A DNA stretch of 63,945 nt, filler included, from Parachlamydiales bacterium (GCA_020051075.1; 4 parts of 4 records of this genome joined end to end with filler, not necessarily neighbours in it); one strand, 5' to 3'. Numbered from the whole stretch's first letter, positions 39,550 to 49,408 are shown. The notes: generated by a model not told the origin, from the sequence alone. Translations and numbers: made by a program.

Positions 39550-39912
39550 AGATGAGCAGGATGAGTAGATCGCAAACAAGATGGCAAATAAACAGGATAG
39601 ACAAGATAAACAAATAAACAAGATAGGCAGGATCGCAAGCGGCAGGATAGGCAAGATAGCGAATAGCTTTCAGTGATCAAACTGAGACACAGTGTTCTTT
39701 TCCATTCTCCCTATCCTCCCCATCCTGTCAAATTTTAAAGGATGGGAAGGATAGAAAAGATAATTGATCATGCGAAAGATGGGATAGTTTTTACTTATAT
39801 TTTTTATGAGATTTTTGTCTAATTTTTCCTATTATCTTGCCTATCCTGCCGCTTGCGATCCTGCCTATCCTGTTTATGCCTATCCTGCTTGCGATCTTGC
39901 TTATCTTGTTTT
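39550..39912. repeat. CAGGAT-family nested inverted repeats
   Basis: 44-bp arms 39615-39658 / 39833-39876 (1 mismatch) around an inner hairpin near 39706-39762. Confidence 0.88.
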
Positions 39913-39976
39913 TCTAAAGGGACGATAAAAGGCAAATTCATTATGATAGTTGCGAAAATGAATTTGGAGTCTGTCC

Positions 39977-41998
39977 ATGGGTGTCCAATCTAAAATTAGA
40001 GTGTTGACTGAACATACGATCAATAAGATCGCTGCTGGGGAAGTCATCGAAAACCCTGCTTCGGTGATCAAAGAATTAGTTGAGAATTCCATCGACGCCG
40101 GCTCGACGACAATCTGCGTTGAAATCCAAAACGGCGGAAGGCAGCTGATTCGAATCACCGACGACGGCTGCGGGATGTCCCACGATGACGCCCTTCTCTC
40201 CCTCGAAAGGCATGCGACATCAAAAATCAAAGAAGTCGACGACATCCAAGAAGTCACGACGATGGGATTCCGCGGCGAAGCGATCCCTTCTATCGCCAGC
40301 ATCTCAAAATTCACACTGCTGACCTGCCCGCGTACAGACGATGGTGCCGAGGTAACAGGAACCCTCGTCTGCGTCGATGGGGGACGCATCGTCTCATGTG
40401 CAGGAGCTGCCCGCTCAACTGGAACCACCATCGAAGTGAAATCGTTGTTCTTCAATGTCCCTGTGAGACGGAAATTCCAAAAATCTCCTGCTTATGACAT
40501 CCATGAAATTCAGAAAATACTCTCGTTGATCGCTTTGGGCTATCCCAATGTCCAATTTGAATTAATCAGCGACCAGAAGACACTGCTCAAGACTTTACCC
40601 CCTCTAGACGATAATTCTTTTTCTGATCGGCTGCGAAAGCGGATCGAAGAGGTTCTAGGCAAGGTGGTGAGCGGTCCGCTCCTCCCTGTGTCTTTTGAGC
40701 AGCCTCCTTTTGGGATCCACGGCTTCATCGCCCCTCCATCAGTCCATAAACCTAACCGCACCGGACAGTATCTCTTCATCAACCATCGCGCTGTCTTCTC
40801 CCCACTCGTCTCAACAGCAGTTAAAGAGGGGTATGGAACCATGCTCCCCGCTCAGCGCTTTCCCTTCTTCATTCTGCACCTCTCCCTCCCGGGATCTTTA
40901 GTCGATGTCAACGTCCATCCACAAAAAAAAGAGGTGCGGCTGCGGCAAGAATCTCAGCTTAAAGAGATCATCATCAGGGCGATCCAGTCGACATTCCTGC
41001 AAGAACAGGGGAAGCGTCCAGAAAATCAACATAACCCATTCACGCGTCCTTGTCAAGATGGGGAGACTGTACCTCCGTATTGGGGACCATATGCTGCTCT
41101 GCTGTCGCCAGCCAAAAAGGAAGATGAAGGAGATTGGGAATTTCGCACAAACAATCGCTCCGACGCTGTTGGGGGGGACATCTCGGCTATTGAACAAGAA
41201 AAGGAAATTCAGAGATGGGAGACAAAATGGAACCTTGATGATGTCGCTGATCGAACTCTTCCTTTCGAGACAAAAGTGCTGCAACACCCCCAAGAGAGGC
41301 CACGCGATCAGGAGCTGACCCCACCATTGTCGCCTTTCCTTAGAAACCATCGGCAGCAGCTGCCTACGATGGAAAATGCCCTTCCTTTTTCCAATGAACG
41401 GATCCAAGTGGTGTCTACACTGGTTGGATATTGTCTTGTCGAGCCTTTTGGCTTAGCCCGGAAGCTCTTCGGCTCAGACTGCGATAAAAAAGAAGGGGGA
41501 TTAGCTCTCATTGACCAGCGAGCTGCCTTTAGCCGGATCCACTACGAAAAATTAATCAAAAGAACAGATCAGGTCAACGTCCACTCCCTGCTCATCCCGC
41601 TGACGCTGCAATTCTCTTCGTTGGAGTCCCGTCTGATTGTCGAACAGCTGGAGGTGCTCAATGCGATGGGCTTCAGCCTGCGGGAGTTTGGGACCAATAC
41701 CTTCATGGTCGATGCCATCCCTGCCTTTATGAAGACTACAGATATTCAGCAGATGCTCGCTTTGATGGTGCAAGACCTTGTTGACATGGACTCTTCCCGT
41801 CGCCTGCAAATCAAAAAGGAAGAACAGCTTGCTCTAGCAGCATGCCGCCATTCGATTCCATCAGCAAAAAGGCTATCCATTGATGAAGCTGAGGGACTGC
41901 TTAAGCAGCTGCTGGCATGCGACCAGCCAGCACAATGTCCCTTGGGAAAGAAGATTTCTGTTTATTTTGCTCCTGAAGAGGTGTCGAAATGGTTTTAA
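39977..41998 (+). CDS. mutL: DNA mismatch repair protein MutL
   Basis: KIAAGEVIE, ELVENSIDAG, HATSK, GFRGEA, DVNVHP. Confidence 0.97.
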   Translation: MGVQSKIRVLTEHTINKIAAGEVIENPASVIKELVENSIDAGSTTICVEIQNGGRQLIRITDDGCGMSHDDALLSLERHATSKIKEVDDIQEVTTMGFRGEAIPSIASISKFTLLTCPRTDDGAEVTGTLVCVDGGRIVSCAGAARSTGTTIEVKSLFFNVPVRRKFQKSPAYDIHEIQKILSLIALGYPNVQFELISDQKTLLKTLPPLDDNSFSDRLRKRIEEVLGKVVSGPLLPVSFEQPPFGIHGFIAPPSVHKPNRTGQYLFINHRAVFSPLVSTAVKEGYGTMLPAQRFPFFILHLSLPGSLVDVNVHPQKKEVRLRQESQLKEIIIRAIQSTFLQEQGKRPENQHNPFTRPCQDGETVPPYWGPYAALLSPAKKEDEGDWEFRTNNRSDAVGGDISAIEQEKEIQRWETKWNLDDVADRTLPFETKVLQHPQERPRDQELTPPLSPFLRNHRQQLPTMENALPFSNERIQVVSTLVGYCLVEPFGLARKLFGSDCDKKEGGLALIDQRAAFSRIHYEKLIKRTDQVNVHSLLIPLTLQFSSLESRLIVEQLEVLNAMGFSLREFGTNTFMVDAIPAFMKTTDIQQMLALMVQDLVDMDSSRRLQIKKEEQLALAACRHSIPSAKRLSIDEAEGLLKQLLACDQPAQCPLGKKISVYFAPEEVSKWF

Positions 41999-42020
41999 AT
42001 TATGTAAGAAGCGAGATAAT

Positions 42021-42392
42021 TCAGGCATTTTGATCGAATTCTAATCTCGTGAAGTCTAAAACCCAAGATCTGATTTCTTTCAAGATTGCGGGTGAGTTTA
42101 TTTGGCCTAATTTTTTGATCAAGCGTTCTCGACTTATTGACCTTAATTGCTCACATAAAGCAAAACTTGTCAGAGTAATCCCCCCTATTGGTGGTTCGAT
42201 TTTAACGTGGGATGTTATTCCTTTATTAATGCTTGTCAGTGGAACAATAAAAACCAACCCTGATGGTCCAGCATTCATCAAATTATGGGATAGGATGAGA
42301 CCTGGTCTAATTTTTTTTCCAATCTCATTTCCTTTGACGGGATCTGGGTCAAATAACCAAATTTCTCCCTGCCGTGGTTTTAAATTATTCAT
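42021..42392 (-). CDS. mazF: PemK/MazF-family toxin
   Basis: GEIW..DPVKGNEIGKKIRP, IVPLTS, EQLRSISRERL. Confidence 0.9.
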   Translation of the reverse strand: MNNLKPRQGEIWLFDPDPVKGNEIGKKIRPGLILSHNLMNAGPSGLVFIVPLTSINKGITSHVKIEPPIGGITLTSFALCEQLRSISRERLIKKLGQINSPAILKEIRSWVLDFTRLEFDQNA

Positions 42393-42630
42393 CTTCAAAA
42401 CCATCCATTAAAGTCCCTTCTAATTCCTCTCGATCCGCCAATTCACAAACCCATGCATCTTCATCAGATCGAAGTTTTTCATATGATTCGTTAAATAGAC
42501 GCATACGTTCTTGAAAACGGTAAACTTCAAGAGCTTCTTCAATGATGACAATTTTAGATTTACCCGTTTTATTCACTAATTCATGGATGATTGCATCACT
42601 AGTTGATGAAATTCTTGCTGTGAGTGCCAT
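42385..42630 (-). CDS. RHH-type antitoxin of the MazF pair
   Basis: Small, acidic C-terminus (DGFEDE), overlaps toxin start. Confidence 0.75.
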   Translation of the reverse strand: MALTARISSTSDAIIHELVNKTGKSKIVIIEEALEVYRFQERMRLFNESYEKLRSDEDAWVCELADREELEGTLMDGFEDE

Positions 42631-42708
42631 AACCACCTCCTATTTGTCTACTTATTAGTATACAAAAAAGTAAGCACGCTGTAAAGCAAAAAAACAGGAC
42701 CTGCAGGC

Positions 42709-42829
42709 CATATTTATCAGACTTCGCTTTTTCATCTCATAAACACTTGATTGTAAGTAGAGTTGCAGAGAAGCTTTGCATAAGTCGAGAAAGCTACTTG
42801 GAGACACCACAAGTTGCCTGATGCGTATG
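42709..42829. mobile_element. Degenerate MITE-like element with IS4/IS231-like ends
   Basis: CATATTTATCAGAC ... GCCTGATGCGTATG imperfect terminal IR; no clear target duplication. Confidence 0.4.
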
Positions 42830-42917
42830 AGATATACAGGATCACAAGCAGCAGGACATACAAGATGATTGAAAAGTTCGGGCCAACCTTAAAAAAGCCA
42901 GATAAAAGAAAAGCTTA

Positions 42918-42986
42918 TCTCCCTATCATCACTATCCTCCCCATCCTGTAAAAAAGACAGGATGGGAAAGATAGGAAGGATGAGAG
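42918..42986. repeat. CAGGAT-family hairpin repeat
   Basis: CTATCCTCCCCATCCTGT-AAAAAAG-ACAGGATGGGAAAGATAG. Confidence 0.7.
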
Positions 42987-42995
42987 TAAGTTAAG

Positions 42996-43871
42996 TTATC
43001 CTCTATTTGGAATCGTCGCTCTTGCGTCATTTTGAAGACCAATCAATGAAACCAGACGAGACAATTCCCCTTGAACCCTTCTTGTCTGTACGTCCAAGGT
43101 GTTTCCAGGCCAGATAGAATCGGGATTCGTTATAACCGCAACTGCAGTCCTGCAATCTTCGATCGATTGAATGATGTCAGGTAAATGAGTTGTCAACACG
43201 TTAACCGATTGGACAACTTGGGGGCGATTCCCCTCAATCATGTCAAACAGCCGTGAACGAGTTACTCTATCGCTGAGTACTTCCCAACCATGAACCAGCC
43301 GAAGAGTGTTCACCCATTCTTCTAGATTATTTTCCAATCCTTGATTAATCTCGAAGTTTTCTGTGAGCTGCCCGTTCTGAATTGCACCATCTGGAAAAAT
43401 CGTGTTTACAGCATTAATTCTAGTAAAAATATCGTTAATGAATGTTTCTAATTGGCTATAAGCTCGATTTTCAATCTCTTTTAACCGATTTTCTTCCTTC
43501 ATGGCTCTAAATAATTTTCGTAAGCAAACGACTAAGAAAAAGATCGCTCCGATAACCGTGATAGGAATCAGTAGACGTCGATAAGCAGGAGTTCGACTCA
43601 ACAAAGCCGCAACGCCAACGCCCACCGCGTTGAATAAAATTGAATAGATCATCCAAGATTGGGTTTTCTTTTTTGCAGCAGCTGTTACACCTGGCATCTC
43701 TCTGAAGAGCCGTTCTGCACCACATGCGATTTCAGAACATTGATTGGCATCAGGATAACGGTATACTCTTGATCCAGAAGACGAAGAGGAAGACGAACTT
43801 GAAGAAGTAATCTCGTTATTTTGGCAGGGCCCTAAAGACAGCGGCAATCTAGTTGAAGAAGAAACTAACAT
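42996..43871 (-). CDS. Inc-like bilobed membrane protein, paralog A
   Basis: Poly-Ser N-terminus, two close TM helices, coiled coil, LRLVHGW. Confidence 0.65.
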   Translation of the reverse strand: MLVSSSTRLPLSLGPCQNNEITSSSSSSSSSSGSRVYRYPDANQCSEIACGAERLFREMPGVTAAAKKKTQSWMIYSILFNAVGVGVAALLSRTPAYRRLLIPITVIGAIFFLVVCLRKLFRAMKEENRLKEIENRAYSQLETFINDIFTRINAVNTIFPDGAIQNGQLTENFEINQGLENNLEEWVNTLRLVHGWEVLSDRVTRSRLFDMIEGNRPQVVQSVNVLTTHLPDIIQSIEDCRTAVAVITNPDSIWPGNTLDVQTRRVQGELSRLVSLIGLQNDARATIPNRG

Positions 43872-43980
43872 AATTTAACCTTGTTTTGTTTTTTAATTAT
43901 CATTATTGTATAGATTAAAACTTTTTTCTACAATAAATATTTAAACAACATAAAAAAACCGGCAACGCAGCTTAGATAAG

Positions 43981-44904
43981 TCAGGCATTAGGCCGGATAT
44001 CGATTGGCGTTAAAAATTGTGAAGTGTTGCTTCTAATAACTCCCCTCGGAATTCTCTCCATTTCTACCCTTAGAGCACGAATCGATGCGACCAGAGCATT
44101 CATTTGCAGCAAAAAGATTGACGTTCTAATGCTAGCACGATCGGATGAAACATAATTTGGATCCAGTCCCTCTTCAAGGTCTCGGCTTCTCTCTTCGATG
44201 TTTTGAATAATCCCTGGTAAACGGCGGGTGATCACTTCAATATTTCTGTTAAGATGAAGGAGATTCCCCTCTTCAGCCGAATCAAGGGGTGCTTGAGGTG
44301 CAAATTCTTGCCAATAGCTCCTGAAGTTATCCCAACCATGAACCAGTCGCAGACTTTCGATGAATAAGTCTAGTTTATCTTTCAATTCTTGATTGATCTC
44401 GAACCTGATTGGGGAATCCTTGTTTGTCCCTGGAAAAATCGATTCTACAGCATTTATTCTGGTAGAAATATCGATGATCAAGGTTTCTACTTGGCGATAA
44501 ATTTGATTTTCGGCCTCTTTTAAACGGTTTAATTCCTTCAAAGCTCCAAATAATTTTGGCAAGCAAACCACAACGAAGAAGATCAACCCGATAACGGCAA
44601 AAGGAATCAGTAGACGTCGGTAAGCAGAGGTTCGACTCAAAGCAGCCGCAACGCCAACGCTTACGCCGATGATTAATGGATAAATCGTCCAGGAATTGAT
44701 TTTATGATAAACATCAGGCTTTTCACGATTTATTCGCCTTAAGCAATTTTCTGTATCCATTACGGCTTGACCACATCGATTGGCTTCAGGATAACGGTAA
44801 GCTCTCGATCCAGACGTTGAAGTGTGAGACGAACTAGAGGAAATAATCTCGTTATTTTCGCAGGGCCCTAAAGACAATGGTGATCTAGCAGAAGAAACTA
44901 ACAT
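43981..44904 (-). CDS. Inc-like bilobed membrane protein, paralog B
   Basis: Same N-terminus, TM hairpin and LRLVHGW motif as paralog A. Confidence 0.65.
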   Translation of the reverse strand: MLVSSARSPLSLGPCENNEIISSSSSHTSTSGSRAYRYPEANRCGQAVMDTENCLRRINREKPDVYHKINSWTIYPLIIGVSVGVAAALSRTSAYRRLLIPFAVIGLIFFVVVCLPKLFGALKELNRLKEAENQIYRQVETLIIDISTRINAVESIFPGTNKDSPIRFEINQELKDKLDLFIESLRLVHGWDNFRSYWQEFAPQAPLDSAEEGNLLHLNRNIEVITRRLPGIIQNIEERSRDLEEGLDPNYVSSDRASIRTSIFLLQMNALVASIRALRVEMERIPRGVIRSNTSQFLTPIDIRPNA

Positions 44905-45037
44905 ATTTTTACCATATTTTAAAGAATGTAAATGATTATCTAAAAAAAGACATTATTATTCAACAAGTATTTAGATAACATAAAATTTCTTGACCGATTT
45001 CTCTATCGAATAGTAATGTGATACCGAGAGGTGAACC

Positions 45038-46117
45038 ATGGATTATCGAGAACGACTTAAACGATTAAGACAGAAACTATCCCATCTTACTTGTGAAGCG
45101 TTGCTGATCGACCATTCGACTGATCTCTTCTATCTCACAGGGTTGGAGCTCTCTGCCGGCAAGCTCCTGATCTCTCAAACATCATCACAGCTTATCGTCG
45201 ACGGACGATATCACGAAAAAAGCCTATCGCAAACACTCTATCCAGTCTGTAAACTATCTGACACCGCCATGAATGAATGGCTCCTTGCCAACGACATCCA
45301 TTCGCTAGGATTCGACATCAACCAAACCACATATCTGGGATATACTGCGTTAAATCAGATTGTCGAAGAGCTTAAAAGCAAAAATCATCCCTTAGAGATG
45401 ATTCCGATCGAACCGGTCATCCAAGAAATGCGGATGATCAAAGATCAAGAAGAGATCGCCTGCTTGCGCGCGGCCGCTCGGCTCGGCTATCAAGGGTATG
45501 AATATGTGGTCTCGCTTCTGCGAGAGGGCATACTAGAGTCGGAGCTCGCCTTTGAGCTCGAATTATTCTGGAGAAGACTCGGAGCAAAAAAACTCGCCTT
45601 CGAATCCATTATCGCGTTCGGACCCAACAGCTCGATGCCCCATTATCATGCAGGAAGCGCCCCACTCACCCATGACACACACATTCTCATCGACATCGGC
45701 GTTGTGTTGGATCATTACCACTCAGATATGTCCCGGGTCGTCTTCTTCGGCACTCCCCCCGAACCTATTCGCAACATCTTCCCGATTGTGGAAGAAGCCC
45801 AGCAGAAAGCAATCGAGTTATGCCGTCCGGGCACTCCCATCAAAGACCTTGACGACACCGCCCGGAAGGTGATTGAATCGCATGGATATGGAGAATCATT
45901 CACACACAGTCTAGGGCATGGATTAGGGTTAAATATCCATGAACCTCCCATTATCAGACGAAAAGGGGTCTATAGCGAGCTCCTTCTACAGCCTGGCATG
46001 GTGATCACGATTGAACCTGGCATCTATTTGCCGAGAATTGGGGGCGTCAGGATTGAAGACACCATCCTCATCACTGAAGAGGGACATGAAGTTCTCTCCT
46101 CATCCCTGAAGGTTTAG
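45038..46117 (+). CDS. pepP: Xaa-Pro aminopeptidase (M24B)
   Basis: IDIG, YHSDMSR, HSLGHGLGLNIHE, TIEPGIY, GGVRIED. Confidence 0.93.
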   Translation: MDYRERLKRLRQKLSHLTCEALLIDHSTDLFYLTGLELSAGKLLISQTSSQLIVDGRYHEKSLSQTLYPVCKLSDTAMNEWLLANDIHSLGFDINQTTYLGYTALNQIVEELKSKNHPLEMIPIEPVIQEMRMIKDQEEIACLRAAARLGYQGYEYVVSLLREGILESELAFELELFWRRLGAKKLAFESIIAFGPNSSMPHYHAGSAPLTHDTHILIDIGVVLDHYHSDMSRVVFFGTPPEPIRNIFPIVEEAQQKAIELCRPGTPIKDLDDTARKVIESHGYGESFTHSLGHGLGLNIHEPPIIRRKGVYSELLLQPGMVITIEPGIYLPRIGGVRIEDTILITEEGHEVLSSSLKV

Positions 46118-46128
46118 GAAAGATAGTT

Positions 46129-47046
46129 TTAGCGAGATTTTTGCCTCTCTCTATAAGCTCTGTTAAGAGATTTTAAATCCCTCAGAATCTCTTCTCTTTC
46201 TTGTCCCATATTCCTGTAAATCAATCCTAACAGCTGACGCAATAATCCATTGGCAACTCGGGTCATAGCTGGAGTATCCCTTTCTTGTTCAGTTTGGGGG
46301 TATAATGTCCTGATGATGGAGGCTCTGAACTCTTCTATTTTGCTAATGACTTCCACTAAATGCCTTGTCGATCGATACCGATTAAACGTTTCGTTGACGA
46401 AATAACGACAACTGTTCGCATGATTAGCGACAAAAGCTCGTTCAGGTGGGTTCCAATGTTGTGCAAGGTCATCCCAACCATGAACCATTCGAAGAGTGTC
46501 TATCCATTGATCTAGATTATCTTTTAACTTTTCAGTAATCTCCATGTCTCTTACGGCTCCTCCTTGAACAATATTTTCTGGGAAAATGGTGACCAACGCA
46601 TCGAGTCTCTCTTTAATGGAGTCTATCAAAATTCTTGCTCGTTCATAGATTGGATTCGCTATCTGTCGTACTTTGTCCAATTCTTTCCCAGCGGAAACTA
46701 ACATTGGAAGGCAAACGACAAGGAAAAAGAGCACTCCAATAAGCATACAACTAGAAAAACGATGGTAAGCAGGCATTCTCTTGTGAAATCCAGCAACACC
46801 GAATAGAATGACCACATCGATTGCTATACACGTCGACCAGAAGTCTAATTTCTTAGAAGGGGCTGGCTCTTCACGTCGTATCCTCATAAAACACTCTTGA
46901 GCTTCTCTTGCTAGTCGAGCACAGCTATTCGCATCATCATAACGATAGACTGCTGATCCAGAAGAGGAAGCGGATAAATCAGTGCAGGAAATAAGGTTAT
47001 TTTCAAGGGGTCTCCACGATAACGGTGATCTAGTACTTTCAAGCAT
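46129..47046 (-). CDS. Inc-like bilobed membrane protein, paralog C
   Basis: RSPLS..NN..SSGSAVYRY, TM hairpin, LRMVHGW. Confidence 0.65.
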   Translation of the reverse strand: MLESTRSPLSWRPLENNLISCTDLSASSSGSAVYRYDDANSCARLAREAQECFMRIRREEPAPSKKLDFWSTCIAIDVVILFGVAGFHKRMPAYHRFSSCMLIGVLFFLVVCLPMLVSAGKELDKVRQIANPIYERARILIDSIKERLDALVTIFPENIVQGGAVRDMEITEKLKDNLDQWIDTLRMVHGWDDLAQHWNPPERAFVANHANSCRYFVNETFNRYRSTRHLVEVISKIEEFRASIIRTLYPQTEQERDTPAMTRVANGLLRQLLGLIYRNMGQEREEILRDLKSLNRAYRERQKSR

Positions 47047-47252
47047 GTTTTTCTCCTTTTCATCTATCGAAAAATCATAGAAAAAATTCTAACAGTATCA
47101 AATTCATACGTCAATGAAATAATGAAAAAGCTATTATCGTAAATCATATATCAACAAATCTATAAACAAAAAAAAACACTTATAACAGAAAAACTATTTT
47201 CCTCATTCCCTCTCGCGCTTTTGTACCCATAGTAGTTTTACCCATATCTTAA

Positions 47253-47382
47253 AGACACAGAGGGCACAGAGAGAAGCCCAAATGTTTACTCTCTGTGTTC
47301 TCTGTGCCTCTGTGTTTGTTAAAAAAGTTGTGGGGTTTGTAACCTTTGCGACTTTGCGTCTCTTTTGCTCCTCTGCGTTAAA
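47253..47382. repeat. CACAGAG-family inverted repeat plus CTCTGCGTTAAA half-repeat
   Basis: ACACAGAGGGCACAGAGAG / CTCTCTGTGTTCTCTGTGCCTCTGTGT; CTCTGCGTTAAA also ends 28731-28767. Confidence 0.75.
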
Positions 47383-47522
47383 ATGGAGAGACGTGAATAG
47401 TTACAATTTCCGAAAATTTCCCTGACGAGACAGTTTTTGCAAAGAAAACTTATTAATAAATTTATTTAAATAAATCAACGTTTCTGTTAATATAATTCTT
47501 AATATTTTTAAATAGGAACGCT

Positions 47523-49286
47523 ATGTTTAGCTTCAGGCAAAAAATTTTTCTTAGCTATCTCTCTGTCTTTTTGCTCTTCCTCGTCTTCATGATGCCCGTC
47601 GTCACCAACTGGGTGCATCGAATCATTTTTCAAGCAATGGAGTATCGAGCGTCGGAGATTATTCGAAATATCAAAGATGCCCCCAATGATGAAGCTCTCA
47701 TCAGACGGCTAAAAGATCAGAAATGCATCATGTTCTTCCGCTCGAGTATCATCAGCGACGAGCACAAAGTTCTCTATGACTCTCACACGAAACGACTTTT
47801 AGGACCAAAATTCAGTCAAAATTACGTCGTCGACCACCCAGAAGTGATGCAAGCCTTCAGAGAAGGGATTGGCTATCATGAAGATTATTCCCAAATCCTT
47901 AACCAAGAATTCTCCTATTTCGCCAAGTCATTCGATTTCCACGGCCACACCTACGTCTTAAGAACAGCTTTTCCTCACGAATATGTCGAAGAAATCTCAC
48001 AAGACTTTGAGTTCGGTTTCTTAGGATTTTCTGGCTTCGTTCTGTTAATGTTCAGCATCATGACCTGGTTTGTCATTCACCGCTTATCCAAGCCGATTCA
48101 ACGGATCATCACCGCGATCACTCCCTATCAAGGAGGCGATCAACACACTCTTCCCGCCATCGACATTGGAAACGTCAACCCCAAGGATGACTTCGCCAAA
48201 CTGGCGTTTACCCTAAATAGCCTCTCTGCTCATATTCAAAATCACATCGACATGATCACTAAAGAGCGCAATGAGAAAGAAGCGATCCTAGAATCTCTCG
48301 TCGAAGGCGTTGTCGCTGTCGAAGACAATATGGAAATCTCCTATTCTAACCATATGGCCTCAAAACTTCTCAACAGACAGCACTCTCAAATCGTCGGAGA
48401 GAACTTCTCAGAACTTCATCAAGAACAATGTGAGAAACTGCTTAAACAGTGCCAGGAACAAAACACCCCTCTCGTTGATACAATCGAAGTCTACCTAGAA
48501 GGCAAAAAATTATATCTCGACATCGTCGTTGCTCCGAAGAAAGATGATGCAGGAGCCATCCTTGTTCTCCAAGATAAAACGGACCATTATAAGATCTTCG
48601 AGATGCGGCGTGATTTCATTGCAAATGCCTCGCATGAGCTTAAAACTCCGATCACAGTGATTCGAGGCTTTGCCGAAGCCCTTCACGACAATCCTAACCT
48701 CCCTCAAGAAATGCAGAAGGAGATGACAACGAAGATTATGCGAAGCTGCCAACGGATGACCGCGCTGATTAAAGACTTGCTCACCTTGGCAGACATCGAA
48801 AACATCCCCTCTTCCCGCCTGCATGAATGCGACATCCCTGCATTAGCAGAAGAGTGCCGCCTGATGCTTGCAGAAGTTTTCCCTGATGCAGAAGTCACTA
48901 TTAAGACAAATCAACCGGAGATCACAACGGTCGCCGACGTTGATTTGCTTGAACTCGCTCTGATGAATCTCATAGAAAATGCTGCGAAGTATTCTAGTCG
49001 CCCAGCTCACATCGAAGTGAACATCGAAGATCAATCTGACAGCATCATCGTTGAAGTGTCGGATCGAGGCATTGGCATCCCTGAAGTAGACCAAGAACAC
49101 ATCTTTGACCGTTTCTATACTGTCGATAAAGCTCACTCCCAGAAGATGGGCGGATCGGGCCTGGGCCTCTCCATCGTGAAAACAATCGTCGAAAAGCACT
49201 TTGGAACGATCACACTGAAATCTAAGTTAGGAGAAGGGACGACTTTCAAAATCATCCTTCCGAAAAGATCGATGCACATCAATTAA
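47523..49286 (+). CDS. Membrane sensor histidine kinase (PhoR-like; HAMP, PAS-like, HisKA, HATPase)
   Basis: RRDFIANASHELKTP, NLIENAAKYS, DRGIGI, IFDRFY, GSGLGL. Confidence 0.92.
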   Translation: MFSFRQKIFLSYLSVFLLFLVFMMPVVTNWVHRIIFQAMEYRASEIIRNIKDAPNDEALIRRLKDQKCIMFFRSSIISDEHKVLYDSHTKRLLGPKFSQNYVVDHPEVMQAFREGIGYHEDYSQILNQEFSYFAKSFDFHGHTYVLRTAFPHEYVEEISQDFEFGFLGFSGFVLLMFSIMTWFVIHRLSKPIQRIITAITPYQGGDQHTLPAIDIGNVNPKDDFAKLAFTLNSLSAHIQNHIDMITKERNEKEAILESLVEGVVAVEDNMEISYSNHMASKLLNRQHSQIVGENFSELHQEQCEKLLKQCQEQNTPLVDTIEVYLEGKKLYLDIVVAPKKDDAGAILVLQDKTDHYKIFEMRRDFIANASHELKTPITVIRGFAEALHDNPNLPQEMQKEMTTKIMRSCQRMTALIKDLLTLADIENIPSSRLHECDIPALAEECRLMLAEVFPDAEVTIKTNQPEITTVADVDLLELALMNLIENAAKYSSRPAHIEVNIEDQSDSIIVEVSDRGIGIPEVDQEHIFDRFYTVDKAHSQKMGGSGLGLSIVKTIVEKHFGTITLKSKLGEGTTFKIILPKRSMHIN

Positions 49287-49408
49287 CGTTGATTCCAAAC
49301 AATAGACTTTATGGACACACAATGGACTCTATGGACTTCAATAGGGTCCATTGTGTCCATTACCTCAAGACCCTGCAAAAGAAGTAATGCGCCTGAATCA
49401 ATACTGCC

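Noticed and set aside
36075..39912. CRISPR array interpretation of the CAGGAT and CACAGAG repeats
   Set aside because: No constant-length direct repeats with unique spacers; repeats are inverted and degenerate; no cas genes.
19596..41809. Many 60-185 aa antisense or off-frame ORFs (e.g. 19596-20054, 37032-37547, 39901-40455, 40898-41407)
   Set aside because: Shadow ORFs overlapping well-supported genes, with no motifs.
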